Source: Squalus acanthias
Taxonomy: Eukaryota
Length of the DNA: 64,000 bases
Assembly (NCBI GenBank): GCA_030390025.1
Contig: CM059431.1
Span: 150,228,001-150,292,000 of the forward strand
Direction of reading: 5' to 3'
Program-made: the position numbers and the translations under genes
In this document: piece after piece, positions 37,672-51,420 of the stretch
Layout of the letters: each line of letters starts with the position of its first letter
Numbering within the stretch: the first letter of the stretch is position 1
Notes under the pieces: model-generated
Seen by the model: the letters and a program-made list of their open reading frames with translations, nothing else
Databases searched by the model: none
What the model was told of the DNA's origin: nothing

Positions 37672-38000
37672 AACATAAGAAAATTAGAACGTAGAACAAG
37701 ATTAGGCCATACGTGGCCCCGGGCCTGCTCCACCTTTCAATCAGATCATGGGTGATCATCGACCTCAACTTTCCCACCCGATCTCCATTTGCCTTTATTC
37801 CCAAAGATTCCAGAAATCTATCTATCTCAGCCTGGAATAACCTCAAAGACTCAGCATTCACAGCCTTCTGGGGCAGAGAATTGCAAAGAATCAGAAAACT
37901 CTGACGTAAGAAATTCCTCATCATCTCGGTATTAAATGGGATACTCCTTATCCTGAGACTATGCCCACTAATTCTAGACACACCTGCCAGGGGAACAACT
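37672..38000 (-). mobile_element. CR1 3' end (~330 bp); sister copies at 40801-41136, 43578-43903, 44707-45043
   Basis: All four end at the same 5' break (ggaaacaac|tg...gaga). Confidence 0.9.
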
Positions 38001-38997
38001 GGTAGAGAGAGAGAGAGAGAGAGAGAGACTGGAGGAGGGAGAGAGACTGGGGGAGAGTAAGAGACTGGGAAATTAGCGAATGGTGAGCGAGAGGGAGACC
38101 GGAGAGAGAGAGAGACTGGGGTAGAGTGAGAGACTAGGGGAGAGAGAGACTTGGGAGCACAAGATTAGGAAACAGAAAGAGAGACTGGGGGTGAGAGAGA
38201 GACTGCAGAGAGAGAGAGTTTCTGGGGGTGCGAGAGAGACAGGGGCGAGAGAGAGACAGCGGAGAGAGATATACTAGAGATAGAGAGAGACTGGGGTTGG
38301 GATAGACTGGGGAGAGAGATAGACTGTGGAGATTGAGAGGCTGTAGGATAGTGAGACTGTGTTTGAGAGAGACTAGGGAAAGCAAGATTGGGAGAGAGCG
38401 AGAGAGACTAGCGGTGGGAGAGATTGGAGACAGAGAGTGACTGAGGGAGCGAGAGAGACTGGGGAGAGAGAGAGACATTGGAGAGAGAGAGATTGGAGAT
38501 AGAGAGAGACTGCAGCAGGGAGAAACTGTGGTGGGAGAGAGAGACTGGGGAGAGTGAGAGGCTGGAGGAGAGTGAGACTGGGAGAGATAGACTGCAGAGT
38601 GAGAAAGACTGCTGGAGAGAGAGAGCTTTGGGGAGAGAGAGGGACTGGGGAGAGATACAAAGCGGAGAGAGAGACTCGTGAGACAGAAGTAATGGGGGAG
38701 AGAGACAATGGGGAGGGAGTGAGAGTCTGTGGGAGAGAGAGACTGCAGAGAAGAAAGAGACCGGGAGAGAGAGAGACTGGGGAAAGAGAGAGATAGGGGA
38801 GAGAGAGAGTCTGGGGGAGAGAGACTGAGAGACTTGTGAGAGAGAGAGAGGGACTGGTGAGAGAGAGACTTGGGGAGAGAGAGACTGGAAAGAGATACGG
38901 GAGTAAGGGAACTGGAGAGATCGAGAGAGAATGTGGAGAGAGAGAGACAGTCGCAGAGAGAGAGACTGGAGAGAGAGAGAGACGGGGGGAGAGCAAG

Positions 38998-40253
38998 AGA
39001 TGATTTAACTGGAAGAACAGATAAGGGAGAAACAGTGGATGTGGTGCATTTGGACTTTCAGAAGGGTTCCGATAAGGTCCCGCATAAGAGATTAGCGTGC
39101 AAAGTTAAAGCACATGGGATTTGAGATGAGGTACTGATTTGGATAGAGAACTGGTTGGCAGACAGGAAGCAAAGAGTTGGAATAAACGGGTCTTTTTTCG
39201 AGTGGCAGGCAGTTACTAGTGGGGTACGACAGGAATCGGTGCTAGGACCTCAGCTATTCACAATATATATATATATATGATCTAGCTGAGGGAACTAGAT
39301 GTAATATATCTAAGTTTGCAGACGACACAAAGCTGGGTGGGCATGTGTGCTTTGAGGAGGATGCAGCGAAATTCCAGTATGATTTGGACAGGTTGGGTGA
39401 TTGGGCAGATGCATGGCAGATGCAGTATCATGTGGATAAATGCGAGATTCTCCACTTTGGTGGCAAAACTGGAGGACAGATTATCATCTGAACGGCAATA
39501 GACTGGGAAAAGGGGAAGTGCAACGAGACCTGAGTGTCCTTGTGCACCAGTCGCTGAAGGTAAGCATGCAGGTGCAGCAGGCGGTTAAGAAGGCAAATGG
39601 TATGTTGGCCTTCATAGCGAGAGGATTCGAGTACAGGAGCAAGGATGTCTTGCTACAGTTGTACAAGGCCTTGGTGAGATCACACCTTGAGTATTGTGTG
39701 CAGTTTTGGTCGCCTTATCTGAGGAAGGATGTTCTTGCCATGGAGGGAGTGCAGCGAAGATTTAACAGACTGAAATCTGGAATGGCAGGAATGAAGTATG
39801 AAGAGAGATTGGGTCGATTAGGCTTATACTCGTTAGAGTTTCGAAGAATGAGAGGGCATCTCATTGAAACTTAAAAAAATTCTAACAGGACTGGAGAGAC
39901 TAGATGCAGGAAGGATGTTCCCGATGGCGGAGGAGTCTGGAACCAGAGGTCACAGTCTAAGGATAAGGGGTAAGCCATTTAGGACTGAGATGAGGACGTA
40001 TTTCTTAACCCAGAGAGTGGTGAACCTGTGGAATTCTCTACCACAGAAGGCAGTTGAGGCCAATTCATTAAATATATTCAAGAGGGAGATAGATATATTT
40101 CTTCAGGCTAAAGGGATCAAGGGATATGGGGAGAAAGCAGAAACAGAGTACTGAATTTGGATGATCAGCCATGGTCTCATTAAATGGCGGAGCAGTCTCG
40201 AGTGGCCGAATGGCCTACTCCTGCTCCTATCTTCTATGCTTCTATGCTTCTAT
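38998..40253 (+). mobile_element. CR1 3' fragment, same subfamily as 1-2630
   Basis: RT C-terminal ORFs 39440-39874 and 39864-40154; (ttctatgc)n tail. Confidence 0.95.
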
Positions 40254-43200
40254 GAGAGAGGAAGACTGTGGGAGAGAAAGAGACTGGAGAGAGTGAGACT
40301 GGGGGAAGAGAGAGAATGGGGAGAGAGAGACAGACTGTAGGAGATAGAGACTGCAGAGAGGGAGAAACTTGGGGAGATAGAAACTGGAGAGAGAGAGAGA
40401 GATTGGAGAGATAGAGAGACTGAGAGAGAGAGAGAGAGAGAATGGGGAGACGGTGTGATTGTGGAGAGAGAAAGACTGGAGAGAGAGTGAGACTGGAGAG
40501 AGATAGAATGGAGCAGAGAGAGAGAGAGAGACTCGGGGAAAGGGAGAGACTGGGGCAGAGGGAGAGAGAGAGACTGGGGAGAGAGAGGGACAGGGGGAGA
40601 GCGAGAGAGACTGAGTAGAGCGACACTGGAGAGAGAGAGACTGGAGCGAGAATGACTGGGAAGAGAGAGATAGTAGGGATAAGGACAGAGATTGTGCGAG
40701 AGAGAGAGATTGGGAGATAGAGAGAGAGACCAATAAGAGAGAGACTAGAGAGAGAGAGAGACTGGGGAGAGCGAGAGAGTGAACTGGGAGAGAGAGAGAT
40801 CATAACAACATATGAAAATAAGAAATTAGAGCAGGAGTAAGCCATACGGGGCCCCTAGATTGCACTGCCTTTCAATCAGATCATGGATGATCATCGACCT
40901 CAACTTTCCCGCCCGATATCCAAATCCCTTGATTCCCCAAGAATCCAAAAAGCTATCTATCTCAACGTTGAATATACTCAAAGACTCAGCATTCACAGCC
41001 GTCTGGGGAATAGAATTACAAAGATTCACAACACTCTGACATAAGAAATTCCTCATCATCTCGGTTTTAAATTGCCTAACCCTTATCCTGAGATTATGCC
41101 CTCAAGTTCTAGACACACCTGCCAGGGGAAACAACTGTTAGAGAGAGAGAGACTTGGGGCGAGGGAGAGACTGGCACAGAGAGAGAGGCTAGGGGAGAGA
41201 GAGAGACTGGAGAGCGAGAGAGAGACTGGAGAGAGAGAGACATGGATTGTGATAGAGACTACGGGAGAGCGAGATCCTTGGGGAGAGAGTGGGACTAGGG
41301 GAGAGATAGAAAGCAGAGAGAGAGAGACTGGTGATAGAGATGCAATGCGGTAGAGAGACAATGGAGAGAGAGTGAAAGATTGTGGGAGAGAGAGTCTGCA
41401 GAGAGCGAGACTGGTAAAGAGAGAGACTGGGGAGAGAGAGAGAGAATGTAGAGAGAGAGAGACTGGGGAGAGAGACTGAAAGACTTGGGAGGCAGAGAAA
41501 GGGACTGGGGAGAGAGAGAGATACTTTTGAGAGAGAGAGACTTGAGAGAGAGAAAGACTGGAGAGAGAGAAATTGGGGAGAGAGAGAGAATGGGTGGAGA
41601 GAGAGATACTGCCGGAGAGAGGCTAACTGGAGAGAAAGAGAGACTGGGGAAAGAGAAAGAATGGTGAGAGAGGGTGACTGGGGGAGAGAAAAAGATTGGA
41701 GAGAGACGAGGTTGGGGAGAGAGAGAGAATGGGGAGAGAGAGATAGACTATCGGAGAGAGAGTGACTGGAGAGAGAAACTGGGGGGAAGAGAGAGACTGG
41801 GGAGAGAGAGAGACTGGAGAGAGAGAGAGACTGAGCGAGAGAGAGATGGGAGAGAGAGAGATAATATGGAGTGCAATATTGGGAGAGAGCGAGAGAGGCT
41901 GCGGGAGGGAGAGACTGGAGAGGGTGAGTCAATGTGCGGAGAGAGAGACTGTGGATAGAGAGACGGGGGAGAGAGAGACTGGGAGAGAGAGAGAGACTGG
42001 AGATCGAGAGAGACTGGGTGAGGGAGTGACTGGGGAGAGAGATAGACTGGGGAGAGAGAGAGGCTGGAGGAGAGTGAGACTGTGGTAGAGAGAGCTACTT
42101 GGGAGAGATCGAAAGCAGAGAGAGAGAGACTGGTGACAGAGATGGAATGGGGGAGAGAGACAATGTGGAGAGTGTGAGAGACTGTGTGACAGAGAGTCTG
42201 CAGAGAGAGGAAGACTGGCACAGAGAGAGAGAGACTGGGGATGTTGAGAGACTGTAGAGAGAGAGAATGGGGAGAGAGAAACTGGGGAGAGAGAGAGAGA
42301 CTGGGCGTGAGAGACTGGGAGACTTGGGAGAGAGAGAGAGGGACTGGGGAGAGAGGGAGAGACTAGCTGTAGAGAGATTGGAGAGAGTGATTGGAGAGAG
42401 AAAGACGGGGGAGAGAGAGACTGGGGAGAGCGAGAGACAGGAAATAGAGAGAGACTGGGCGAGGGAGTGACTGGGGAGATAGAGAGACTGGGGAGAGAGA
42501 CAGGCTGGAGGAGAGTGAGACTGCGGGAGAGAGAGGTGCTAGGGAGAGATCGAAAACAGAGAGCGAGAGACTGGTAAGAGAGATGGAATGGCGAGAGAGA
42601 CAATGGAGCAAGTGTGAGAGACTGTGGGAGAGAGAGTCTGCATAGAGAGAAAGACTGGCAGAGTGAGAGACTGGGGAGAGAGAGAGACTGTAGAGAGAGA
42701 GACTGGGGAGAGAGGGACTGGGGAGAGAGAGAGACTAGCGGAGAGAGAGAATGAGAGAGAGAGAGATTGGAGAGAGAGAGACTGAGTAGAGAGGGCGTAT
42801 GGGGAGGGAGAGAGAGACTATCGGAGAGAGAGTGGAGAGAGAGGGACTGGGAGAGAGAGAGTGTGGTGGCAGAGGGAGACTGGAGGAGAATGAGACTGCG
42901 GGAGTGAACGACTGGAGATTTAGAGAGTCTGCGGGAGAGAGAGCCTTGGCGAGAAAGAGGTACTAGGGGTGAGATAGAAAGCAGAGAGAGAGAGACTGAT
43001 GAGAGAGATGGAATTGTCGAGAGGAGCAATGGGGAGAGATTGAGATACTGTGGGAGAGAGAAACTGCAGAGAGACAGTGACTGGGAGAGAGAGAAACTGA
43101 AGAGAGAGAGAGAGATGGGGAAGAGAGAGACTGGGGAGAGAGAGAGATTGGGGAGAGAGAGAGAGACTGGAGAGGAAGAAGTTCTGGAGAGAGCGCAACT

Positions 43201-46200
43201 GGAGCAGAGAGAGTGAGGCTGGGGAGAGGGACTGAGACAATTGAGAGAGAGAGAGAAAGGAACTGGAGGGGGAGTGAGAGAGACTAGGGGAGAGAGAGAC
43301 TGGAGAGAGAGAGAGACATAGAGTAGAGAGAGACTGGAGAGCGAGAGAGAATGGGGTTAGAAAGTCAGACTGTCGGAGAGAGAGACTGCAGGGAGAGAGA
43401 TACTGGGGAGCGAGAGAGCATGGTGAGAGATGGAGACTGTGGGAGAGAAAGAGACTGGAGAGAGAGAGAAACTGGGGGAGAGAGAGAGAGACTGGAGAGA
43501 GAGAGAGAGACTCTGGGAGAGAGAGGCTGGAGAGAGCGAGAGACTGCGGAGAGAGAGAGAGATTTGAGAAATTGAGAGAACATAAAAACATGGGAAAATA
43601 AGAAATAAGAACAGGAGTGGGACAAAAGGCCCCTCGAGACTGCACCGCCATTCAATGAGAACATGGCTGATCATACATATCAACTCCACATTCCCGCCCG
43701 ATCTGCAAATCCCAGGATTCCCCATGAGACCAAAAATCCTTCAAACTCAAAACTCAGCATTCACAGCCTTCTGGGGCAGAGAATTCCAAATTTTCACAAC
43801 ACTCTCTCTTATGAAATTGTTCCACATCTGAGTCTTAAATGGCCGACACCTTATCCTGATATTATGTGCCCTAGTTCGAGACACTCCAGCCAGTGGAAAC
43901 GACCGGTAGAGATAGCGAGACTATGCGAGAGAGAGAGTCTGAAACAGAGAGAGGCAAGGGGAGAGAGAGAGAGAGAGAGAGAGAGAGCGAATGGGGGTGA
44001 GAGAGGGAGACTGGAGCAGAGAGAGTGAGACTAGGTGTGAGGGGGCGACTGGGACAGAGCTAGAGAGAGACTGTGGAGAAAGAGAGGGAACGGGAGAGAG
44101 AGAGAGAGACTGGGGGAGAGAGAACTGGAGTGAGTTAGAGACTGGTGAGAGTTATACTGGGGAGAGAGAGAATGGGGAGAGGGAGAGAGAGAGATTGTGG
44201 GAGAGAGAGAGACTGGAGAGAGAGAGAGAGACTGTGGAGAGAGAGAATGGGGAGTGAGTGAGAGAGACTGTCGCAGAGAGGGAGACTGGAGAGAGAGAAA
44301 TAATTGGGGAGAGAGAGGGGCTGAGGTGAGAGAGTGCTGGGGGTTTGAGAGACTGGGAAGAGAGAGAGACTGGAGTGAGTGAGATAGCCTGGGGAGAGAG
44401 AGACTGGAGAGACTGACAGACTGGGGAAGAGAGAGAGAGACTGGGGAGAGAGAGAGATTGGGTGAGAGCGGAGACTTGAGAGAAAGGAAGATTGGAGAGA
44501 GAGAGAAAATGTTGAGAAAGAGAGACAGGAGGTTGGAGAGAAACTGGGAGAGAGTTGGAAAGACTGGGGCCGAGAGAGAGACTGGGGGAGAGAGAGACTG
44601 GATAGAGAGCGACGGTGGCAGAGAGAGACTAGAGATAGAGAGAGACTGAGGGAGAGAGAGAGACTGAGAGATAGAGAGAGAGAGACTCGGGAGAATGAGA
44701 GATAATAAGAAGATAAGAAAAAAAGAAATAAGAACTGGAGAAGGCCTTACGGCACCTCGAGACTGCTCCGCCATTCAATGAGACCATGGCTGATCATACA
44801 CCTCAATTCTACATTCCCGTCCGATCTCCAAATCACTTGATTCCCCGAGAGTCCAAAAATCTATCTAACCCAGCCTTGAATATACTCAAAACTCAGCTTT
44901 CACAGCCGTCTGGGGCAGAGAATTCCAAACATTCACAACACTCTGAGTTATGAAATTCCTCCTCATCTGAGTCTAAAATGGCATACCCCTTATCCTGAGA
45001 CTATGTGCCCTAGTTCTAGATACTCCAGCCAGGGAAAATAACTGTTTGAGAGAGAGAGAGAATGGGGGAGAGAGAGAGTCCGGCAAAGACAGAGAGGCTA
45101 GAGGAGAGAGAGAGAGCGAATGGCGGCGAGCGAGGAAGAGTGGGGGATAGAGAGAGACCGGGGACTGAGAGAGACTGGGGAGAGAGAGAGACTGGAGGTG
45201 AGAAAGACTGCATAGGGAGAGAAACACTAGATGAGATAAAGAGACTGGAGAGAGAAAGAGACTGGGGAGCGTGAAACTGGGGGACACAGGAAGACTAGGG
45301 AGAGAGAGAGAATGGATGTAAGAGAGACTGGAGAGAGAGAGACTGGGTGCGAGAAAAAGACTGAGGAGAGAGAGAGACTGGGGAGAGTGAAGCAGGGGAG
45401 ACAGGGAGACTGGGGAGGTAGAGACTGGAGATAGCGAGAGACTGGGGGAGAAAGAGAGATACTGGGCATAGTGAGAGACTCTGGAGGAGTGAGAGAGACT
45501 GTGGAGAGAGAGTGTCTGTGGGAGAGGGTCAGAGAGAGGGGTACTGGAGAGAGAGAGACGGGGGAGAGCGTGAGACTGGGGGAGCGAGAAAGACTGGAGG
45601 AGAGAGAGAGACTGGAGGGGAGATAGTGAGTCTGGGGGAGAGAGAGAGACTGGGGTGCAGAGAGAGAGAAAGAGAGACTGGGGAGAGAGAGATAGCGACT
45701 CGGGGGAGAGAGAGAGAGAGACTGGCGGAGAGAGAAACTGGGGTTGAAGAGTGACTGGGGAGAGAGAGACTGGGAGAGAGAGTAAGAATGGGAAGGGAGA
45801 GAATGTGGGCGAGAGAGAGATTGGGTAGAGTGAGAGACTGGGGAAAGTGAGACAGGGGGCGACAGAGAGACTGGGGAGAGAGAGAGACTGGAGGTGAGAG
45901 AGACTGAAGAGAGAGAGAATGGGTGACAGAAAGAGACTGGGGAGAGGGAAAAACTGGGGAGATTGAGACTAGGGGAGACAAGAAGACTGTGGAATGAGAG
46001 ACTGGAGGTATAGAGAGACTGGGGGGCAGAGAGACTGGGGAGAGAAAGACTCTGCAGGTGAGATAGAGACTGGGGAGAGAGAGAGAGAGGGAATGGGGAG
46101 AGAGAGGGAGACTGGGAGAGAGTGTTACTGGGGGAGAGAGAGAGTGACTGGAGAGAGAGAGACAGGGGGAGAGAGTGAGACAGGGGGAGCGAGAGAGACT

Positions 46201-46925
46201 GGGGAGAGAGAGACTGGACGTAGAGATGGACTGGGGAGAGAGACACTGGGGAGAGAGAGAGGCTGCGGCAGAGAGAGGGACTGGAGAGACAGGAGACGGG
46301 GGATTGAGAAAATGGGGAGAGAGATAGACGGGAGGAGAGAGAGAGACTGGTGGAGATATAGTGAGACTGAGGAGAGAGAGAGACTGGGGGAAAGAGATAG
46401 CGACTGGGGTCAGAGAGAGAGACTGGCGGAGAGAGAAATTGGAGATAGAGTTACTGTCGAGAGACTGACTGGGAGAGAGAGGATGAAGAGAGAGAGACTG
46501 CGGGATAGAGAGAGACTGTCGGAGAAATGGACTGGGGACAATGAGAATGGTAGAGACAGGGAGACTGGGAAGAGAGAGAGAGACTGGGGAGCGAGAGAGA
46601 CTGGGGGAGAAAGAGGCTAGGGAAAAAGAGATAGGGGGAGAGAGTGACTGGGGGAGAGAGAGAGACTGGAGAGAGATAGACTGTGGCTGAGTGAGACTGG
46701 GGGTAACAGGGAGACGGGGAGAGATAGACTGAAGCTAGAGAGAGACTGGGAGAGGCAGATAGACTGTGGAGATAGAAAGACAGTAGAGAGAGGGACTGGG
46801 GGACAGAGAGAGAGACTAGGGAAGCGAGAGAGAGACTGGGGGAATTGGAGGCACTGGGGAGAGAGTGAGAGACTAGGGAGAGAGAGAGATTCGGCGAGAG
46901 AGTGGTGGGGGAGAGAGAGAGAGAG

Positions 46926-46965
<40 letters not shown>

Positions 46966-48459
46966 TGGGGCCGATAGTACAGACTGGGGGATAGAGAGAT
47001 ACTGGGGGTCAGAGAGACTGTGGGAGAGAGAGAGAGACTGGAGATTGAGAGAGACTGGGGAGTGAGAGGGACTGGAGATAGTGAAGACGGGGGCTAGAGA
47101 GAGACTAGAGAGAGAGAGTGACGGGGGAGAGAGATGGACTGGGGAGAGAGAGATTGGGGGAGGGAGAGAGACTGGAGTGATTGAGGGTCAGGGGGAGAGA
47201 GAGAGACTGGGTGAGAAAGACTAGCGAGAGAGAGATTGGGGAGAGAGAGACTGGGGGTGAGAGAGAGAGAGAGAGAGCGACTGCAGAGAGCGGGAGGTTG
47301 GGGAGAGTGAGACTGGGGAGACAGGGAGACTGGGGAGAGAGAGACTGGAGAGAGAGAGAGATCGGGTTGGGAGAGAGACTGGACAGAGAGAGACTGGGGG
47401 AGAGGGGGAGATTGTGCGAGAGAAAGACTGGGGAGAAAGAGAGAGAGAGATTGGTTGAGAGAGAGACGGGGAGAGAGAGAGACTGGAGAGAGAGAGAATC
47501 TGGCGGAGTGAAAGAGAGACTGGGTGTGAGAAAGAGACTGGGAGTGAGAGAGACTGGGGGAGAGAAAGATACTGGGGAGAGAGAAAGAGAATGTGGGAGA
47601 GAGAGAGACTGGGGAGAGAGAGCGAGAGACTGGGGGAGATGGAGGTACAAGGAGAGAGTGAGAGACTAGGGAGAGAGAGAGAGATTCGGCGAGAGAGAGA
47701 ATGGGGAGAGAGAGAGACTGGAGAGAGTGAGATTTCGGGGGAGAGAGAGAAATTGGGGGAGAGGGAGAGAGACTGGGACTGAGAGAGACTGGGGGAAAGA
47801 TAGATAGAGAGGGACTCGAGAGAGAGGAGACGGGGGTTAGAGAGAGATTGCGGCGAGAGAGAGACTGGATAGAGAGAATGACTGGGAGAGAGCGAGAGAG
47901 GCTGGTGGAGGGAGAGTGACTTGAAGGAGAGAGAGACGGGGGAGAGAGTGAGAGACTGGGGGAGAGAGAGACAGGAGAGAGGCTGACTGGGGAGAGAGTG
48001 ACTGGGGAGTGAGTGGTAGACAGGCGGGGAGTAGGACTGGGGCAGAGTGAGAAAGACTGGAGAGAGAGAGAGAGACTGGTGAAGAGAGAGATTGGTTGCG
48101 AGAGAGAGAGAGAGAGACTGGGGACAGAGAGACTGGGGGTGATAGAGGGAGACTGGGTAGAGAGCGACTGGGGGTGAGAGAGAGAGACTGGGGGTATTAT
48201 ATAGAGAAAGAGACTGGGGGTGAGAGAGCGATGCGGGGAGAGAGAGCGGGACACTGAGGGTGAGAGAGAGAGCGAGGCGGGAGGACGTTTCACATTCTCA
48301 CCACTTTCTATTTCTAAATTGAGGCTATAGGGAAGAATCCATCATGACATCTCTGGAAAAAAATATATATTTTTAAATATGCACAACGCGCATCAGCAAA
48401 ATATCCCCACAAAATCAGCAAAATTTCCATTTGAAGTTTGATCCCTGAATGAAAAGCTT

Positions 48460-48620
48460 CCCAAACACTCGCTCCGGATCCGACCTGTCAATCACCGGAC
48501 TGTGCACCGCTCACCGCCCATTGGGTGCCGTGCAAGACCGGTTCGCACTGGATTGGCTGGTGCGGCTGTCAATCAACCGCGGTATCAAGTTGGCCGGTAA
48601 AAAACCGCTGGCAACTTTTC
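48460..48620. promoter_or_regulatory. Candidate CpG-rich promoter/enhancer with two TGATTGACAG decamers and CCAAT boxes
   Basis: ctgtcaatca at 48485-48494 and 48566-48575; attgg at ~48520 and 48552; local CpG retention. Confidence 0.4.
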
Positions 48621-49092
48621 ACAGAGCAGCTGTTGGCGTTTGGAACTCTGACTGAAGTGAGCCAGCTTGCTGATATTGCACAGAAATCAGCACCGCTGCT
48701 ACATTTCAATGGAGTTTCTCATCAACCTGCTGCCCGACTGGTTAAATAAAATCATGTATTTATTTCTTTAAACGTTGTTTGGGAATGTGGCATTTTTAAA
48801 ACAATCCTTTCTCCATACTGCAAAAATCAGAATTCCCTTGAAACCCACCAACGTTTAAATCTGGCGAAATTCGTTGGAGTTGTAAAATCGGCTGTTGGGA
48901 GCTGGGTTTGCGATGGAGGAACAGCCTGAGAGTCACTGCAAGCATGGTTTGCCCAAGCGTCTCCTCCCTGGGCAGCAGTGTTCTCACTGGCAGCTCTCAA
49001 TAGAAACCTCTGGCGCTTCCCTCGTTTCGTTCACTCTGCATTTCTTACACTTGCACAGCCACCCATTTGCTCTGAACCCGCACTTAAGATCA

Positions 49093-49650
49093 GAACAACA
49101 TAAGAAATAGGAGCAGGAGTCGGTCATTTGGCTCTTCGAGCCTGCTCCACCATTCCATAAGATCATGGCTGATCTCGTACATCATCTCCACTTTCCTGCA
49201 CTTTCCCCATATCCCTTGATTCCCCTAATATTCAAAAATATATCGCTCTCTGTCTTGAATATACTCAACGACTGAGCCTCCACAGCCCTCTGGGGTAGAG
49301 AATTCCAAAGATTCACCACCCTCTGAGTGAAGAAATGTCTCATCTCAGTCCTAAATGGCTGACCCCTTATTCTGAGACTGTGACCCTTGGTTCTGGCCTC
49401 CACAGCCAGGTGAAACATCCTCTCAGCAAGTGCCCTGTCAAGCCCTATAAGAATGTTGTATGTTTCAATGAGATCACCTCTCATTCCACTAAACTCTAGG
49501 AAATAGAGGCCTAGTCTACTCAATCTTTCCTCATAGGGCAATGCCCCCATCCCAGGAACCAGTCTGGTGAACCTTCGTTGCACTCCCTCTAAGGCAAGTA
49601 TATCCATCATGAGGTAAGGAGACCAAAACTGTGCACAATACTCCAGGTGT
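49093..49650 (-). mobile_element. CR1 3' fragment
   Basis: HLEYCAQFWSPY...RGDLIETY...FFTQRVVNLWNSLP in ORF 49182-49787. Confidence 0.93.
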
Positions 49651-49789
49651 CTCTGCTGGTGTCTTTCTGTTTCACAGTGCTCAGTCTCACCTTTCTCTAT
49701 CTCCATCTGCTGGTGTCTCATTGTATCACAGTAATCAGTTTCACGTTTATTTGTCTCCCTCTGCTGGTGTCTCTCTGTATCACACAAAA

Positions 49790-50262
49790 AATGAGAAGTC
49801 GCACAACACCTGGTTATAGTCCAACAGATTTATTTAAAATTACAAGCTTTCGGAGCTGTTGCCCCTTCGTCAGGTAAAGGTACAATGAGGGAATCTACAG
49901 TATTACACAGTATATAAACACAGAAAACAATTTGTCTGCAGAGATACAATCTTTCAGGGAGGCATTACATCAAAGACACAACAGAGCACAGCCAAGACAA
50001 TGAGATGGGTCACAGGGGGTCCAACGTGTCAAATCCTGCCGTCTGCAGTTGACCTTTTAACCTTTTTTTTGTTTTTTTGTTGTGTTTTTTTTTAAACTGG
50101 GTAGACAGACAACGATGTCGAGTCACGTTCTGTAGCGTGACACAAACCCAATATCCCTATTGAGGCCGTCCTCATGGGTGCGGAACTTGGCTATCAGTTT
50201 CTGCACGATGATTTTGCGTTGTCGTGTGTCTCGAAGGCCGCCTTGGGGAACGCTAACCCGCT
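49790..50262 (-). mobile_element. Penelope-like element family B 3' end (GIY-YIG C-terminus, 3' UTR, hammerhead)
   Basis: Minus strand translates QGGLRDTRQRKIIVQKLIAKFRTHEDGLNRDIGFVSRY; terminal sequence matches 58581-58670. Confidence 0.85.
49840..49877 (-). ncRNA. Minimal type-I hammerhead ribozyme motif (family B)
   Basis: ttac-CTGACGA-a-ggggc/gctcc-GAAAgctt-gtaa; stem I covaries relative to tcac/gtga. Confidence 0.8.
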
Positions 50263-50530
50263 ATCTCCGCATCATGTATCACAGCACTCAGTCTCACCTT
50301 TATCTATCTCCCTCTGCTGGGGTCTCTCTGTATCACAGTGCCCAGTCTCACCTTTATCTATTTCCCTCTGATGGTGTCTCTCTGTATCATTGCTCACTCA
50401 GCTGCATACCTCTCCCTGCCCCCCTCTGCTGGTGACTCTCTATATTATTGCTCCCTCTACACTGTCCCATAAAATGCACCCAGGGCAGGCATAGCACGGG
50501 TTAGATTCAGGGTAAGGCTCCATCAACAGT

Positions 50531-51420
50531 CATAGAATCACAGAAGCATAGAAATTCACAGCACAGAAGGAGGCCATTCGGCCCATCGTGTCCGTGCTGC
50601 CGACAAAGAGCTATCCACCTTAATTGCACTTTCCAACACTTGGTCCGTAGCCTTGTAGTTTATGGCCCTTCAAATGCATATCCAAGTACTTTTCAAAACA
50701 AATGGGGTTCTCTGCCTCTACCACCCTTTCACACAGAGAGGTCCAGACCCCCACCAGTATCTGGGTGAAAACATTTCTCCTTAACTCCCCCCTAAACTTC
50801 CTACCAATTAGGTTAAATCTATGCCCCCTTGGTATTGACACTTCAGCTAAGGGAAATAGGTCCTTCCTATCAACTCGCTCAATTGCCCTCATAATTATAT
50901 ACACCTCAATTACGTCTCCCCTCAGCCTCCTCTGTTCCCTTTGATATAGAGGCACTGGAGAAGGTGGTAGAAACATTAGCAAGGATGATCCTGGTTCTGA
51001 GAGAATACACTTATCAGGAAAGGCTGAACAGGCTGGGCTCTTTTCACCCGAAAAAAGAGAAGGCTGATGGGTGACCTGGTAGAGGTATTTAATATTATGA
51101 AAAAGGTTATAAAGGGTGGTCTTGATGAAAATGTTTTCACTTGTGGAAGTCAAAATCTAGAGGCCATCAATATAAGTTTGTCATTAATAAATCCAACAGG
51201 GAATTCAGGAGAAACTTTCTGCTAGTGGTGAGAATGTGGAATTCGCTACCACAGGGAGTAGTTGAGGCGAATAACATAGATGCATTTAAGGAGAAGCTCG
51301 ATCAACACATAAGGGAGATAGGAATAGTTTATTGTGCTAATTAGTTTAGAAGAAGAGGGATGGGCGGAGGCTTGAATAGAGCATAAACACCGGCACAGAC
51401 CAGTTGGGCTGAAATCCGCT
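50531..51420. mobile_element. Two CR1 3' fragments joined 5' end to 5' end (50531-50940 minus; 50945-51420 plus)
   Basis: RRLRGDVIEVY motif on minus; REFRRNF...MWNSLPQ on plus. Confidence 0.85.

Larger units (their letters stand above)
37577..48285. repeat. About 10.7 kb of GA-rich cryptic satellite (GAGAGACTGGG-type) interspersed with CR1 fragments
   Basis: Strong purine strand bias and recurrent gagagactggg words. Confidence 0.95.
49650..50450. repeat. ~55-bp minisatellite (ctctgctggtgtctctctgtatcacagtgctcagtctcacctttatctat) split by a Penelope insertion
   Basis: Three units at 49650-49783 and three to four at 50275-50450. Confidence 0.85.

Noticed and set aside
36119..48293. Long Ser/Leu- or Glu/Arg-rich ORFs (up to 519 aa)
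   Set aside because: Low-complexity TC/GA repeats that lack stop codons by composition
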